Shown here one piece after another: positions 20,613 to 30,648 of a stretch of 64,000 bases of DNA (the first letter of the stretch is position 1; every line of letters begins with the position of its first letter). Source of the DNA: an uncultured Pseudobdellovibrionaceae bacterium (lineage in GTDB: Bacteria; Bdellovibrionota; Bdellovibrionia; Bdellovibrionales; UBA1609). The translations under genes and the position numbers were made by a program. The notes beneath the pieces were generated by a model. It searched no databases. It was not told the origin of the DNA and saw only the letters and a program-made list of their open reading frames with translations. Location: the NCBI GenBank assembly GCA_963803705.1, contig CAWDNU010000001.1:416001-480000 (forward strand), in the 5' to 3' direction.

Positions 20613-21248
20613 TTAAATTTTCTTTTTGTGCGCCACACACAAGTCACGAATAGTATCAATGTGATTTAGCACGGATTTTGATTTTTTATTAAAAGTGTTG
20701 AAAGCAAAAGTGGCGGGTATGGCGACAAATAATCCGATCGCTGTGGCCATCAACGCTTTCGAAATTCCAATCATTACAAGACCTGGGTCACCTTGATTTG
20801 TTGCTAGACTCTGAAAGGCCTCCATCACTCCAAATACTGTACCTAGTAAGCCTATGAAAGGCGCATTTGATCCAATAGAAGCAAGTGGGCTTAAAAATTT
20901 ATCTAGGGTGGGTCGAATATTTTGTTTATAGCTGTCCAGGTATTCTTGCAGTCCATCAGTTCCTGCATCTTTGATATAGTTGAAACCTAACTTTATAGCC
21001 TCTGCCTCGTATCCTGTATTCATATCAGTGAACGATCTTAAAGAGCTTAAATCATTCTGATAAACCGAGTCGTGAGAAGCCTTTCTAAACTGGTCCTGAG
21101 TTTTTTTAATTTTGTTAAAAAATAAAATTCGCTCTATAATAAAACTCACGCTTACAATACTTAGAACGATTAACAAATAAAGAGTCAAATTGTGTCCAAA
21201 TTGAGCAATTATAAAAAACTGTGCAGTAAAAAAATCCAAATTTTGCAT
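20613..21248 (-). CDS. exbB: ExbB/TolQ/MotA proton channel
   Basis: APFIGLLGTVFGVM, GISKALMATAIGLFVAIPA. Confidence 0.9.
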   Translation of the reverse strand: MQNLDFFTAQFFIIAQFGHNLTLYLLIVLSIVSVSFIIERILFFNKIKKTQDQFRKASHDSVYQNDLSSLRSFTDMNTGYEAEAIKLGFNYIKDAGTDGLQEYLDSYKQNIRPTLDKFLSPLASIGSNAPFIGLLGTVFGVMEAFQSLATNQGDPGLVMIGISKALMATAIGLFVAIPATFAFNTFNKKSKSVLNHIDTIRDLCVAHKKKI

Positions 21249-23033
21249 GTAAAACCTCTGTTATCGAAATCAATAGTAAAGCTTACTTTAAACTTTACTC
21301 TTATCGCAACTTCTACTCTAAGTCTTTTTAGTTGTTTTTCAAACACCAAGGGCTCGCCATCATACGTCATAGTGGCAATTGATAGATTCGGAGCAGGAAC
21401 CGTTTCCTGCCCGGAATATCTAGAAAAAGGAGATGGTGGATTTTTTATATTATGTAATGATTTTGTTCGAATGGCTAACGCTTACACCACATCATTACAG
21501 TCGCCAGCAGCCCTAGCAAGTCTCGTGACTGGTGAGTACCCCTTGAATCATGAGCTTAGACATCCAGATAGTTTTCTGTCCTTTAAGAACCCAACCCTAG
21601 CCCAAATATTACTGACTGAAGATTATAGGACTGGTTTTTTTTCAGAAGGCGATCCAGTTAAAAGCTACCAGGGTTTGAACAGGGGTTTTGAAACTTTCTA
21701 CGATTTTTCAACTTCAACGGGTCAGGACGGCTTAAAGCAGGTTTTCAAATCAGCAACAAATTTTATCATGGAAAATAAAACGCAGCATCTTTCTTTGATC
21801 TATGTATCATCTTTAAAAAAATTAGAAGATGGCGGTGATGTTGTCGATGCATTAGAAATTCATCTGAGCGAATTATTTGATAAGCTTAAAAAAAACAAGA
21901 AGTGGCACAACACCCATATATTGATAGTTGGGTTGCAAGGATCGTTGAAACAATCTGTAGGAAATAAATGGCCAATAGTTAATTTAAATGAAAAAAACAT
22001 CAAAGTGGAAGCGTTTTATAAACCTGCCACAAAACCCAGAGACAGCGAGCTGAGTTTTCAGATAGATCGCAACATCACACTTGCGGATTTAGGCCACACA
22101 CTTATTAATTCTGCCGACCCTAACCTTGCAAAAAAAGGATACAATCAAAAATTACCAGAGTTAACTTCGCCAAAATCACTAGAGTCTTACTTTAAGAAAA
22201 AAAGTGAAACAACAATGAATTCAAGTCCAGTTATGATCGAAAGCTCTTGGCCAGACTGGCGGTACGGTTACGCGCCAATATATTCAATACTTGATGATCA
22301 ATACCGGGTTTTTTTAAATAAGGATATTAAGGTTTTCAACACTTTACTAAATCAGGAAATGCCTCTTGCAGAAAGTGACCAAATAACTGATGAAAGGAAG
22401 TATTTTTATTTGGCAACCGCTTCAAAACTTAACTCTGAAGGTAAAGATCAATTCAAAGACTCTGACATTGATAAGTTTGCTTTAGGATATAAAATCTGGG
22501 GCGTTAAAGATTACAAGTACCCCGATATCTTAACAGAGCTAGAAGCTGTAACTAAATCTGAATTAGAAAGCTCTTTTGAGATTGATAATTGGATGGCTAA
22601 GCTAAGCGTATTGCACCAAGACTGTAAAAAATTGCTAGAATTAGCAGTTCGAAATAAGAATAAAAAATGGGAGCTAGCAGCCAAATCATGCTTGAATATC
22701 AAAACAAGCTTTACTAATGATTATAGAATAGGTTGTTTAAGAGTTTTTTTTAAAAAGATTAAGACTTGGTCAAATCAATGTCAAAACGATCTTCTATATC
22801 ACGCATGGAAATATATTAGTTTTGAACAATCTGATGCTCAATTTAATAATTTCAAAACCTACTATAAACAATACGCGATTAATAACGATCGGATACAAAA
22901 TAATTGGAAAACTTTTTTATCCAGCGCTTTGGCCTATGAAACTGCGATAGAGCCTACAGATTTTGAACTATACTACCTTCAGCTTTCTGATCGTCAGAAA
23001 AACTTAATCGACCAAGCCAAGAGCCCTCACTAG
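21192..23033 (+). CDS. Sulfatase/alkaline-phosphatase superfamily lipoprotein (true start probably downstream of 21250)
   Basis: LFSC lipobox; NAYTTS..SPAALASLVTGEYP..H, TLAQIL...YRTG, GFE. Confidence 0.7.
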   Translation: MSKLSNYKKLCSKKIQILHVKPLLSKSIVKLTLNFTLIATSTLSLFSCFSNTKGSPSYVIVAIDRFGAGTVSCPEYLEKGDGGFFILCNDFVRMANAYTTSLQSPAALASLVTGEYPLNHELRHPDSFLSFKNPTLAQILLTEDYRTGFFSEGDPVKSYQGLNRGFETFYDFSTSTGQDGLKQVFKSATNFIMENKTQHLSLIYVSSLKKLEDGGDVVDALEIHLSELFDKLKKNKKWHNTHILIVGLQGSLKQSVGNKWPIVNLNEKNIKVEAFYKPATKPRDSELSFQIDRNITLADLGHTLINSADPNLAKKGYNQKLPELTSPKSLESYFKKKSETTMNSSPVMIESSWPDWRYGYAPIYSILDDQYRVFLNKDIKVFNTLLNQEMPLAESDQITDERKYFYLATASKLNSEGKDQFKDSDIDKFALGYKIWGVKDYKYPDILTELEAVTKSELESSFEIDNWMAKLSVLHQDCKKLLELAVRNKNKKWELAAKSCLNIKTSFTNDYRIGCLRVFFKKIKTWSNQCQNDLLYHAWKYISFEQSDAQFNNFKTYYKQYAINNDRIQNNWKTFLSSALAYETAIEPTDFELYYLQLSDRQKNLIDQAKSPH

Positions 23034-23658
23034 GTCTGCTCTTAAAGATACTTCTAATCAAACTCTCGTTATCACTACTCTTTGGATGGTAAAAGCTTTG
23101 GGGAAGTGTTTCGCTTTTTACGAATAATAACTCTTCATCTTTTTTCAAATTTGAACTTTCAACTCTAAAATTTAAACTGTTTTCCACACCCAAAAGCGCA
23201 TGTGGGAGGGTCGGTGCGCCTTTAGATTTAAAAGATCTTTGACCCATGCTATGATCTAAACCAGAAATTCCGCTTTTGGCTATTATAAATATGTGAGGCC
23301 AACCGATCTGAACCCAATATATTTTCTGATTTACTTTTTGTAACATTAAAAATTCAAATCCCTCTGAATATGAAGTTTTATTATAATTGCTGTAGATCAT
23401 GTCGTTTAGGAATAATGTGGTGGTGTAGATGCGATTTGCCATACCGCTTAAGCAAGTCAGTTTTGGAAACGGAGAGGTGACATCAAAATCTTGATTTGCA
23501 GCTAAGTATTCATTTTCACACTCGTCAAAAATTTTTTCTGTGAGTGAAGGGTCCCCGTAGCTGGTGGCCATCATAAAGAAGTTAGATTCAGCTACAAGTC
23601 GATGAGCAGGAGCAATCTGAACAAAATCCCCCCTGTAACCAATTTCAGTAAACTTCAT
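22954..23658 (-). CDS. Hypothetical protein, possibly degenerate PP2C fold
   Basis: Last gene of the FHA operon; WVQIG..HIF, LLGV and ELLFVKS resemble PP2C strands, but catalytic Asps are not evident. Confidence 0.5.
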   Translation of the reverse strand: MKFTEIGYRGDFVQIAPAHRLVAESNFFMMATSYGDPSLTEKIFDECENEYLAANQDFDVTSPFPKLTCLSGMANRIYTTTLFLNDMIYSNYNKTSYSEGFEFLMLQKVNQKIYWVQIGWPHIFIIAKSGISGLDHSMGQRSFKSKGAPTLPHALLGVENSLNFRVESSNLKKDEELLFVKSETLPQSFYHPKSSDNESLIRSIFKSRPSEGSWLGRLSFSDDQKAEGSIVQNL

Positions 23659-23670
23659 AAATTTTTCCTG

Positions 23671-25566
23671 TTAAATTTCTGTTTCATAGCTTTTTAATTT
23701 ACTTTCGGCTTTCTGAAAATATTCTTCTTCTGGGATGTCTCGCTCTACAATCTGTTTCCATTTTGATATAGCAGTGTGGATCTTACCTAAGTCCTCCATT
23801 AAAATGCTGTCTTGATACAAGGATCTTATTTCTATGCGCAATAGACCTCTCGCCTCAGATTCTATTTTCACAAGTTGGGCATCAAATTCGTCAATCTTTA
23901 ATCCTTTTCGTGCTGCAAGGACTGCCTCTCTGTAATTTTCTTTCGCAAACTGTAGTTTTGATTCATCAAGAGCTTTTTTTAAAGTGCTTTCTAGGGCCGA
24001 TTTGATCGAAGCTATTTCCCTAGAGGCCTTAACCCTATCATTTCCTTTGGGATCAGGGTATTTACCTTTTAAATACATACCGTACCACTTAAGAGCATCT
24101 TCCCAGTACTGCTGTTCTTTAAATTTATCACCTTTTCTTATAAGGGCTCGTCCTCGGTTAAGTCGGTCAGCGTATTTCTGCTGTCTAAGCCTAATCTCAT
24201 CATTTTTTCTGTCGACTGCGTCTGCTTGATCGAAGAGCTTCGCGATCTCTTCATTTTCTGGTGAAAGTTCAATCGCTGGCTGTAAGCATAATTTTATGAC
24301 ATCACTTCCTTCTGTAACCTTGTCTTTGCAAGACTCTATAATTGCACTCACTTTTTCTATAATAGCCAAGCGATCTCTTTCTTGAGCTTCCATTTGGCTC
24401 TGTCTTTCCAACATCTCTAGTGCTGTTTGACATTTAACTCCGATTTCAGCAGCGTCTTGGTCATCAGGTCGTAAATCTTGGATGCGCTGGACTTCCGATA
24501 AACATAGTGACCACCTAGCCTCACCAATATATTGGATAGCAGCAACTTTTGCGTTATCTATAATTTTGTTCTCTTCCGCACGCTGCCTCAAAGCTGCTAT
24601 TTCCCTTTGAGCAGCTGATTTGTTGGAAGTTCCTGCTGGCATAAATGCAAATAGGGCAGCCAACAGAATAAAACCCGCTGTTATGCCGACTCTGACTTTC
24701 TTTTGAGGACTCCATTCGTTTAGATTAACCCAACCGTCTTTGACTTTTTTGACACCCATACCGCTATTAGTAATAGGACCATTAGCAAGATGTCCCATAT
24801 CAATCGGCTTGTAGTTTTCTGGAAGATTATAAATTTGTTTTTCAACGATACTATCTTTGATTTCAAATAGTAACTTGTAGTCGTGAATTGAAATGATATC
24901 ACCAGATTTGAGTTCAATTTCATTATTGGCAGGTAGTTGGTGACCATTTAAAAATGTACCATTCGAGCTTCCCAAGTCTTTAATTAAAAATTTATCATTA
25001 AGCTTGTAGACTTCGAAATGCTGTCTACTTGATTTATCGTGATCGATAAATACATCACACGTCTTTGCTCGACCAAAAGTCCATTTATGGGCATCCATCT
25101 TGAGCTCATCAACTACACTGCCGAATTCAATTTTTTTAAAAGTTGCGACTAAATCTTGAGTACTCAAAGAAGTTTTTTCGAAATTTCCAGCATAAGTTTC
25201 TTCGGGCTGAAACTCATTAACCTGATCGTTGTCATCTTCTTCATTTTCCAACGACTGTATTTCTATATCTTCAATTTCTTGAAGAACTTCAAAATTGTAG
25301 GGCGGTATCGAAAAGTGACCTTGCCCGATGACCTCGATGGACTTTTCACTTAGGCCGTTTACCACTAGCTTTCCTGCTTGTGATAAACGCTCCACTAGAA
25401 GCTTGTCACCCAAGTGAACTATTTTTAAATGCTGCCTAGAAATGCCGGGGAAAGATTCTAGTTTAACGTCACAAGAATCATCTCTTCCGATAACAATTTC
25501 ATCACCGCTGGTAATTTTTAATTCTTGATGTGTTTCACCATCAATAAAACATTTGAGCTGAAACAT
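23671..25566 (-). CDS. Double-FHA, TM, TPR-like protein
   Basis: Two FHA domains (IGRD..SRQH; FGRA..SRQH..DLGSSNGT), one TM, helical C-terminus. Confidence 0.88.
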   Translation of the reverse strand: MFQLKCFIDGETHQELKITSGDEIVIGRDDSCDVKLESFPGISRQHLKIVHLGDKLLVERLSQAGKLVVNGLSEKSIEVIGQGHFSIPPYNFEVLQEIEDIEIQSLENEEDDNDQVNEFQPEETYAGNFEKTSLSTQDLVATFKKIEFGSVVDELKMDAHKWTFGRAKTCDVFIDHDKSSRQHFEVYKLNDKFLIKDLGSSNGTFLNGHQLPANNEIELKSGDIISIHDYKLLFEIKDSIVEKQIYNLPENYKPIDMGHLANGPITNSGMGVKKVKDGWVNLNEWSPQKKVRVGITAGFILLAALFAFMPAGTSNKSAAQREIAALRQRAEENKIIDNAKVAAIQYIGEARWSLCLSEVQRIQDLRPDDQDAAEIGVKCQTALEMLERQSQMEAQERDRLAIIEKVSAIIESCKDKVTEGSDVIKLCLQPAIELSPENEEIAKLFDQADAVDRKNDEIRLRQQKYADRLNRGRALIRKGDKFKEQQYWEDALKWYGMYLKGKYPDPKGNDRVKASREIASIKSALESTLKKALDESKLQFAKENYREAVLAARKGLKIDEFDAQLVKIESEARGLLRIEIRSLYQDSILMEDLGKIHTAISKWKQIVERDIPEEEYFQKAESKLKSYETEI

Positions 25567-26516
25567 TAGAAGTTACCTCGTTTTTTTAAATCACATTCTA
25601 GCAGCACTTTCTTTGCTTCTCTGTAGCGCGCATTGGTCGGATCATTAAGTAGATTCATAATATTTTTCATTGATGACTTGCACACCTCAAACCGACCAGC
25701 CTGTTTATTTGCTAGCCCTCCTTTAAATTGTTTTTCCAACAGATCGTCTGAAAATTGTAAAGAAAGCCTAAGTAGTCTTCTTGCCTCTGAATGTGCAGGT
25801 TCGATTGACAAGACAGCCACAAATGCATCTCTAGCATAGAAAAACTGCCCCCGGTCAAAGTCTCTGCGTCCTTGCACAAAAATTGATTGAGCATTACGCC
25901 CATTTTCAGTCGAAAAAATAGAGTCTTTATATTTTCTATCTAATTCTTTTATAATATCTTCAATACTGTTGATTCTTCGCTCGCTTTTCTCATTATTATC
26001 AAACGACTCGATTTTCACGCTACTACTCTTTTTTTTCACAGGCGGGGTAGTAAAGTAGTAGCCAGAACCCATAACCACTATAAACAATAGTACGTATCTG
26101 AGCCTATTTGTACCTGGTCGCAAATTATTGTCTTTCAGCTTAGGCGCTGCTTTAGGACCGTTTTCAACAAACTGCAAAACGTGATCGCCAATTTGGATCA
26201 CTTCATTTTTTTTTAGCTCTACTTGCTTTGTTTTTATCCCATTCACAAGAATAAAGTTATTTTTAGTTAGATCTTGAATAATATAAGATTGGTCTTGAAA
26301 AATTAATCGCACATGCTGTCGACTAACTTTAGAGTCATTTTTTAGTTGGATATGGTTTGATGGGTCTCTTCCAATTAAAACTTCACTAGATGATATTTGA
26401 AAAACTGCACCTCGCTCATATCCTTTATTAATTTTGATAAAGAATCGTTTTTCACTGTTATTTTGAACAATGGTGTTATTGTTTAGCTCTGAGTTTTTAT
26501 GGCTTATGTTGTTCAA
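25566..26516 (-). CDS. FHA-TM-TPR protein
   Basis: IGRD...VSRQH...NG; TM; TPR-like region. Confidence 0.85.
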   Translation of the reverse strand: MNNISHKNSELNNNTIVQNNSEKRFFIKINKGYERGAVFQISSSEVLIGRDPSNHIQLKNDSKVSRQHVRLIFQDQSYIIQDLTKNNFILVNGIKTKQVELKKNEVIQIGDHVLQFVENGPKAAPKLKDNNLRPGTNRLRYVLLFIVVMGSGYYFTTPPVKKKSSSVKIESFDNNEKSERRINSIEDIIKELDRKYKDSIFSTENGRNAQSIFVQGRRDFDRGQFFYARDAFVAVLSIEPAHSEARRLLRLSLQFSDDLLEKQFKGGLANKQAGRFEVCKSSMKNIMNLLNDPTNARYREAKKVLLECDLKKRGNF

Positions 26517-28084
26517 GCGTCATGCTCCACGGGGATAAACGAAACTATATAATATGCTACTTCATGACTTCCATAAACGGCTTGCATCGCCAACTCGAAG
26601 GTGTCCCCAGAAAAATCTAGTTGATTTGATATAATTTGGTCAGGACTCAACTTAAGTTGATCTATTAGGTCTCTTAAACTCATTTTTAAAGACTGGTCTG
26701 AAATTTGAAAAACTGTTGTTCCCTGGATATTTATTAAACCTGTACGCTCTTCGAAACCAGCATTAAATGCAGTGATTGTTTCATCGTTAGCTCGAATTGC
26801 GACTGCGGGGTAGCCAATGAGTTCGACCATATTTTGCATTTCAAAATTACGGTCTCGCTCGAAAACCTCTTCCTGTGCGGTGTCACCAACTTGTCTGTTT
26901 AAGGCGCTATTTAGGTTTGAATACAACTTTTGTAAAACAGGAAACTTAAGTTTTGTTTCCAGTTGTGCTGTTCCATTTCTTAAGTATAGGTCGACTTGTC
27001 TATTTAAAACTCGAATTGGGTAGCTTATTAATCTAGAAACAAAGAAATAAAGAATCAGTGCTACTATTAAAGACAAAGCTAGGGTTTGAACAAATAAACT
27101 TAAAGTTCTGTTAAAATCCATCATACGAGTGTCTACGTCGTATAATACCACACCGTAATATCTAGTAGACTCAATTGATTTTTTTGGATCGTAATACTTA
27201 AAAGCTTCTATAGCTAAAATGTTCTTACTACTTATGAATTCGATAAAAGTTTTATTATCAGCTATTTGCCGCCCTTTATGAAAGCCTTTAATTTTCGGCA
27301 TCTGTCCAGCCATTCGTGCTGGAGCTACAATTTCGCCTCGAATATCCGTTATATAAGCCTGAATAACTCCCGGTTTTTGGTAAGTTGAATCAAGGTCAAT
27401 TGCAGAGAAAAGACGCTTAAATAGAGGATCTTTATTTTGGGTAATTACTTCATGAACGATATTTTGAACGTTTCTTAAACTAGACTCTTCTATACTTTCC
27501 CTTAGAATTTTCAATAAAGGTATTACAGATAGGCTTGTCGACAATACCACTACCAGTATAAAAAATAGTCCAACCACCCATTGAAAATCCATATACTCTG
27601 TCATTTTATAGATGCCTGGTAGAACGGTATTTTCAAAGTAATGATTTGTTTTTTTCTTAAAAATTTCTACTGGCGGGTCATAGGGCTGGATAATATCTGC
27701 ATCATCTATATGTAGAGCTAAATCCGATACAACTTCTTCTGAATGGGTTGCTAGTTCATTTTTACCTTGAAAAAGCGCCAGCCCACCGCTCTTAGCATTT
27801 TGATCAACAACTTCTGTAACTGTATCATGAAAGCTTAACTTATCGCCGGTGTAGACTTTTGATTCGGCTATTTTAACACCGTTGATGTAGCTTCCATTTG
27901 TAGATTTTAAATCTTTCAAAATTAGCAGGTCGCCTTTTTTTTCAAGGCTTGCATGTTTCTTCGACACATTGTTGTTAGCGATAATAATATCACACTCTGG
28001 CGAGCGGCCAAGTACCGAAAGACCATCTTTTAATTGGATGACTTTACCCATTTGCTGTCCAGTTAAGATTTTAAGCGCTAACAC
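26513..28084 (-). CDS. FHA-domain membrane protein with periplasmic, HAMP-like and PAS-like regions
   Basis: LGRS..VSKKH..DLKSTNG; two TMs; PIRVL HAMP-like start. Confidence 0.85.
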   Translation of the reverse strand: MLALKILTGQQMGKVIQLKDGLSVLGRSPECDIIIANNNVSKKHASLEKKGDLLILKDLKSTNGSYINGVKIAESKVYTGDKLSFHDTVTEVVDQNAKSGGLALFQGKNELATHSEEVVSDLALHIDDADIIQPYDPPVEIFKKKTNHYFENTVLPGIYKMTEYMDFQWVVGLFFILVVVLSTSLSVIPLLKILRESIEESSLRNVQNIVHEVITQNKDPLFKRLFSAIDLDSTYQKPGVIQAYITDIRGEIVAPARMAGQMPKIKGFHKGRQIADNKTFIEFISSKNILAIEAFKYYDPKKSIESTRYYGVVLYDVDTRMMDFNRTLSLFVQTLALSLIVALILYFFVSRLISYPIRVLNRQVDLYLRNGTAQLETKLKFPVLQKLYSNLNSALNRQVGDTAQEEVFERDRNFEMQNMVELIGYPAVAIRANDETITAFNAGFEERTGLINIQGTTVFQISDQSLKMSLRDLIDQLKLSPDQIISNQLDFSGDTFELAMQAVYGSHEVAYYIVSFIPVEHDA

Positions 28085-28430
28085 GTAACAGATCTCCTAC
28101 TTCCAAATCACCTGCTAATGATTCGGATTTAAATTCGAAGCAAGATTTAGATGTAAAACCACCCCAATTTAGTTTCCAGGGTTGAATGTTTCTCTGAATA
28201 CTGGTTACTTTCAAATTTTTGTCTACGTATAAAATATCAATTGCAAACCTCATAAAAAAAGTGTGCACACTGTTACACCTATGAATCCATAAGCACTGAT
28301 TTTTTTCTAAACTAGATCTACCAAGTAGACCTTTAGATCTTTTATAAAAAGACTTTGCGATTTCAACTTGGCTCGAAATAACACAATTCTTACTTATATT
28401 AAAAAGCGAAGCATCGGAATTCAAAGTCAC
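28071..28430 (-). CDS. DUF192 family protein
   Basis: RSKGLLGR, NSVHTFFMRFAIDILYVD. Confidence 0.88.
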   Translation of the reverse strand: MTLNSDASLFNISKNCVISSQVEIAKSFYKRSKGLLGRSSLEKNQCLWIHRCNSVHTFFMRFAIDILYVDKNLKVTSIQRNIQPWKLNWGGFTSKSCFEFKSESLAGDLEVGDLLRVSA

Positions 28431-29339
28431 TTAACCTCCACTCGAGAAACTAAGTGCTACTGGTGCAAGCACCATGATGAAAACTGCAGGCACAATAAAT
28501 AGCATAATTGGAATAAGTAGGGCCTGCGATGCTTGTGCTCCTGCTTTTTCTGCCCTTACAAATCTTTCAAGTCTCATCTGAATTGACTGATCTTTTAGAA
28601 CTTTTGCTATCGAAATTCCTGATTGGTCAGCGTCAGTAATAACAGCCACAAAACTTGTAATTTCTGTCAGATCAATTCTATTAGCTAAACCTTTTAGAGC
28701 ATCTGATCTTGAACTTCCTAAATTGATATCTCGTAGAACAACTTGAAGTTCCATAGCTAAAATGCTTCCTTTAGCTTTTTCAGATATTCTTTGAATTGCA
28801 CCAATGAAGTCCAAACCTGCTTCTGTACATAAGGCAAGAAGATCTATGAAAAATGGTAAATCCAATTGGACAGCCATATTTCTTTTCTTCTTTTCAGAGC
28901 TTGCATAAAGATGAGGAAACATAGCGCCAAAAGCTACAACAAAGATAGCGCTGTAAAAGGGCAGTCCTAAGGCCAAAGCGAAATTTAGAGCCATTACTAA
29001 AATTGGAAAGAAGATGCCCCAGAAGATTTGAAGTCCTATAAACTCTTCGACGGTCAGCTCGTCTGCTAAACCTGAGGTGATTAATTTTTTTTCAATATTT
29101 TTTCTGTAGTTTTCGCTTTTAATTTTTTTTGTATGTTGCATAGCAAAGCTATGCACTAAGGGGCGCGAAAAATTAATAAGTGGTGATTTAGAAACTTTTG
29201 GTTCATCACCAGAGGCCCAGGCTAATGAAGAGCTCTGATCATCTGTTTTTAGAATAGTTCTGACAATAAGGTAAACACTGAAGCCAGCTAACAGTAGACC
29301 CAATATAAGAAATATGAGATTCATTGATAAACCATCCAT
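28431..29339 (-). CDS. tadC: TadC / type II secretion F family protein
   Basis: LPFFIDLLALCTEAGLDF, LGSSRSDAL, RAEKAG, IPIMLFIVP. Confidence 0.9.
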   Translation of the reverse strand: MDGLSMNLIFLILGLLLAGFSVYLIVRTILKTDDQSSSLAWASGDEPKVSKSPLINFSRPLVHSFAMQHTKKIKSENYRKNIEKKLITSGLADELTVEEFIGLQIFWGIFFPILVMALNFALALGLPFYSAIFVVAFGAMFPHLYASSEKKKRNMAVQLDLPFFIDLLALCTEAGLDFIGAIQRISEKAKGSILAMELQVVLRDINLGSSRSDALKGLANRIDLTEITSFVAVITDADQSGISIAKVLKDQSIQMRLERFVRAEKAGAQASQALLIPIMLFIVPAVFIMVLAPVALSFSSGG

Positions 29340-29354
29340 AAAAGTAAGGTCCCC

Positions 29355-29972
29355 ATGCAGCTAGTTCTTGTTTCTGCTTCACCAAGACGAAGAAAAATCT
29401 TAGACAGTGCAGGTCTTAGTTTTCATACTGAGACAGTAGAAATATCGGAAATTGTTGATGAAAACCTGAATTGGGAAGACGCAGTGTCTCGAATTGCTAC
29501 GGATAAACTTCAAACTTTTTTAGTTTCAGATAAGTCGTTGAAATACATAGAGTATTTGGCAATTACAGCGGACACTATGGTGTTAGTAGACAAGCAGATC
29601 TTAGGCAAACCGCAGTCTGTTCAGCAAGCCAAGGATTTTTTAGGTCTTTTGTCTGGTCGAGAACACACGGTTATAACCGCGCTTAGCCTATATAATTCAA
29701 GATTAAAGTCTATTGATCAAATCCTTGAAAAAACAAAAGTGACTTTTTATCCCTTAAGTGACGAAGTGGTCGATACCTATATCTCTTCTGGTCAACCAAT
29801 GGACAAAGCTGGGGCCTATGGGCTTCAAGATTCAGATCACGACTTTGTTCAAAAAGTAGAGGGGTCTATCAGCAATGTAATTGGTTTTCCTATTGAAACT
29901 TTTTTAGTTTACTTAGAAAAACGTGGATTACTGCCACTTTTCAAAAAGGATCAAGTTGGAATTAAAAAATAG
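29355..29972 (+). CDS. maf: Maf nucleoside triphosphate pyrophosphatase
   Basis: SASPRR, ADT, LSGREH, DKAGAYG, SNVIGFP. Confidence 0.93.
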   Translation: MQLVLVSASPRRRKILDSAGLSFHTETVEISEIVDENLNWEDAVSRIATDKLQTFLVSDKSLKYIEYLAITADTMVLVDKQILGKPQSVQQAKDFLGLLSGREHTVITALSLYNSRLKSIDQILEKTKVTFYPLSDEVVDTYISSGQPMDKAGAYGLQDSDHDFVQKVEGSISNVIGFPIETFLVYLEKRGLLPLFKKDQVGIKK

Positions 29973-30648
29973 ATATGAAAAAGTGAAAGGCGAATTGGAA
30001 AAAACTTGCTCTGAAATGGCTTGTGTTAATCATACCGATACTAAATTAATTGCGGTTTCAAAAAAGTTTTCAACTGAGAAAATTGAAGAACTTTTTAATT
30101 TTGGACAAATTAATTTTGCTGAAAACTACGTGAATGAATTTACTGAAAAAGTTGAAAAATTAAAACACTTAGGAATAGCGTGGCATTTTATCGGCCACTT
30201 ACAAACAAATAAAGTTAACAAGGTTGTGGGTTTAGCGGATTACATTCATTCTGTAGATAGTGAAAAGCTGCTGAAAAAGATTATCAGCGAATGTAAAAAA
30301 AAAGTGGTGCAACAGAAAGTGCTCTTGCAGGTAAAATTTGGAGATGAGGAAAGCAAGCGAGGTTTTGAAATAGACCAAATTGAAAACATAATTTCTGAGT
30401 ATATAAGTGATAGTAGAGTTTCAATATGTGGACTTATGTGTATTCTTCCACTGAACATAAATGATCTAGAGAAAAAAAAATTTTTTTTACTTTTACAGAA
30501 AAAGTTTGAAACACTAAAGCTAAATTTAAATCTACCAACTCAATTCAGAGAGCTCTCAATGGGAATGTCAGATGATTTTAGGTTGGCCATATCGGCCGGT
30601 TCGACTATGATACGTGTGGGAACTGCTATATTTGGAGCAAGACAATGA
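29923..30648 (+). CDS. yggS: PLP homeostasis protein YggS (start probably near 29956)
   Basis: IAVSK, ENYV, WHFIGHLQTNK, LSMGMSDD, RVGTAIFG. Confidence 0.93.
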   Translation: MDYCHFSKRIKLELKNRYEKVKGELEKTCSEMACVNHTDTKLIAVSKKFSTEKIEELFNFGQINFAENYVNEFTEKVEKLKHLGIAWHFIGHLQTNKVNKVVGLADYIHSVDSEKLLKKIISECKKKVVQQKVLLQVKFGDEESKRGFEIDQIENIISEYISDSRVSICGLMCILPLNINDLEKKKFFLLLQKKFETLKLNLNLPTQFRELSMGMSDDFRLAISAGSTMIRVGTAIFGARQ

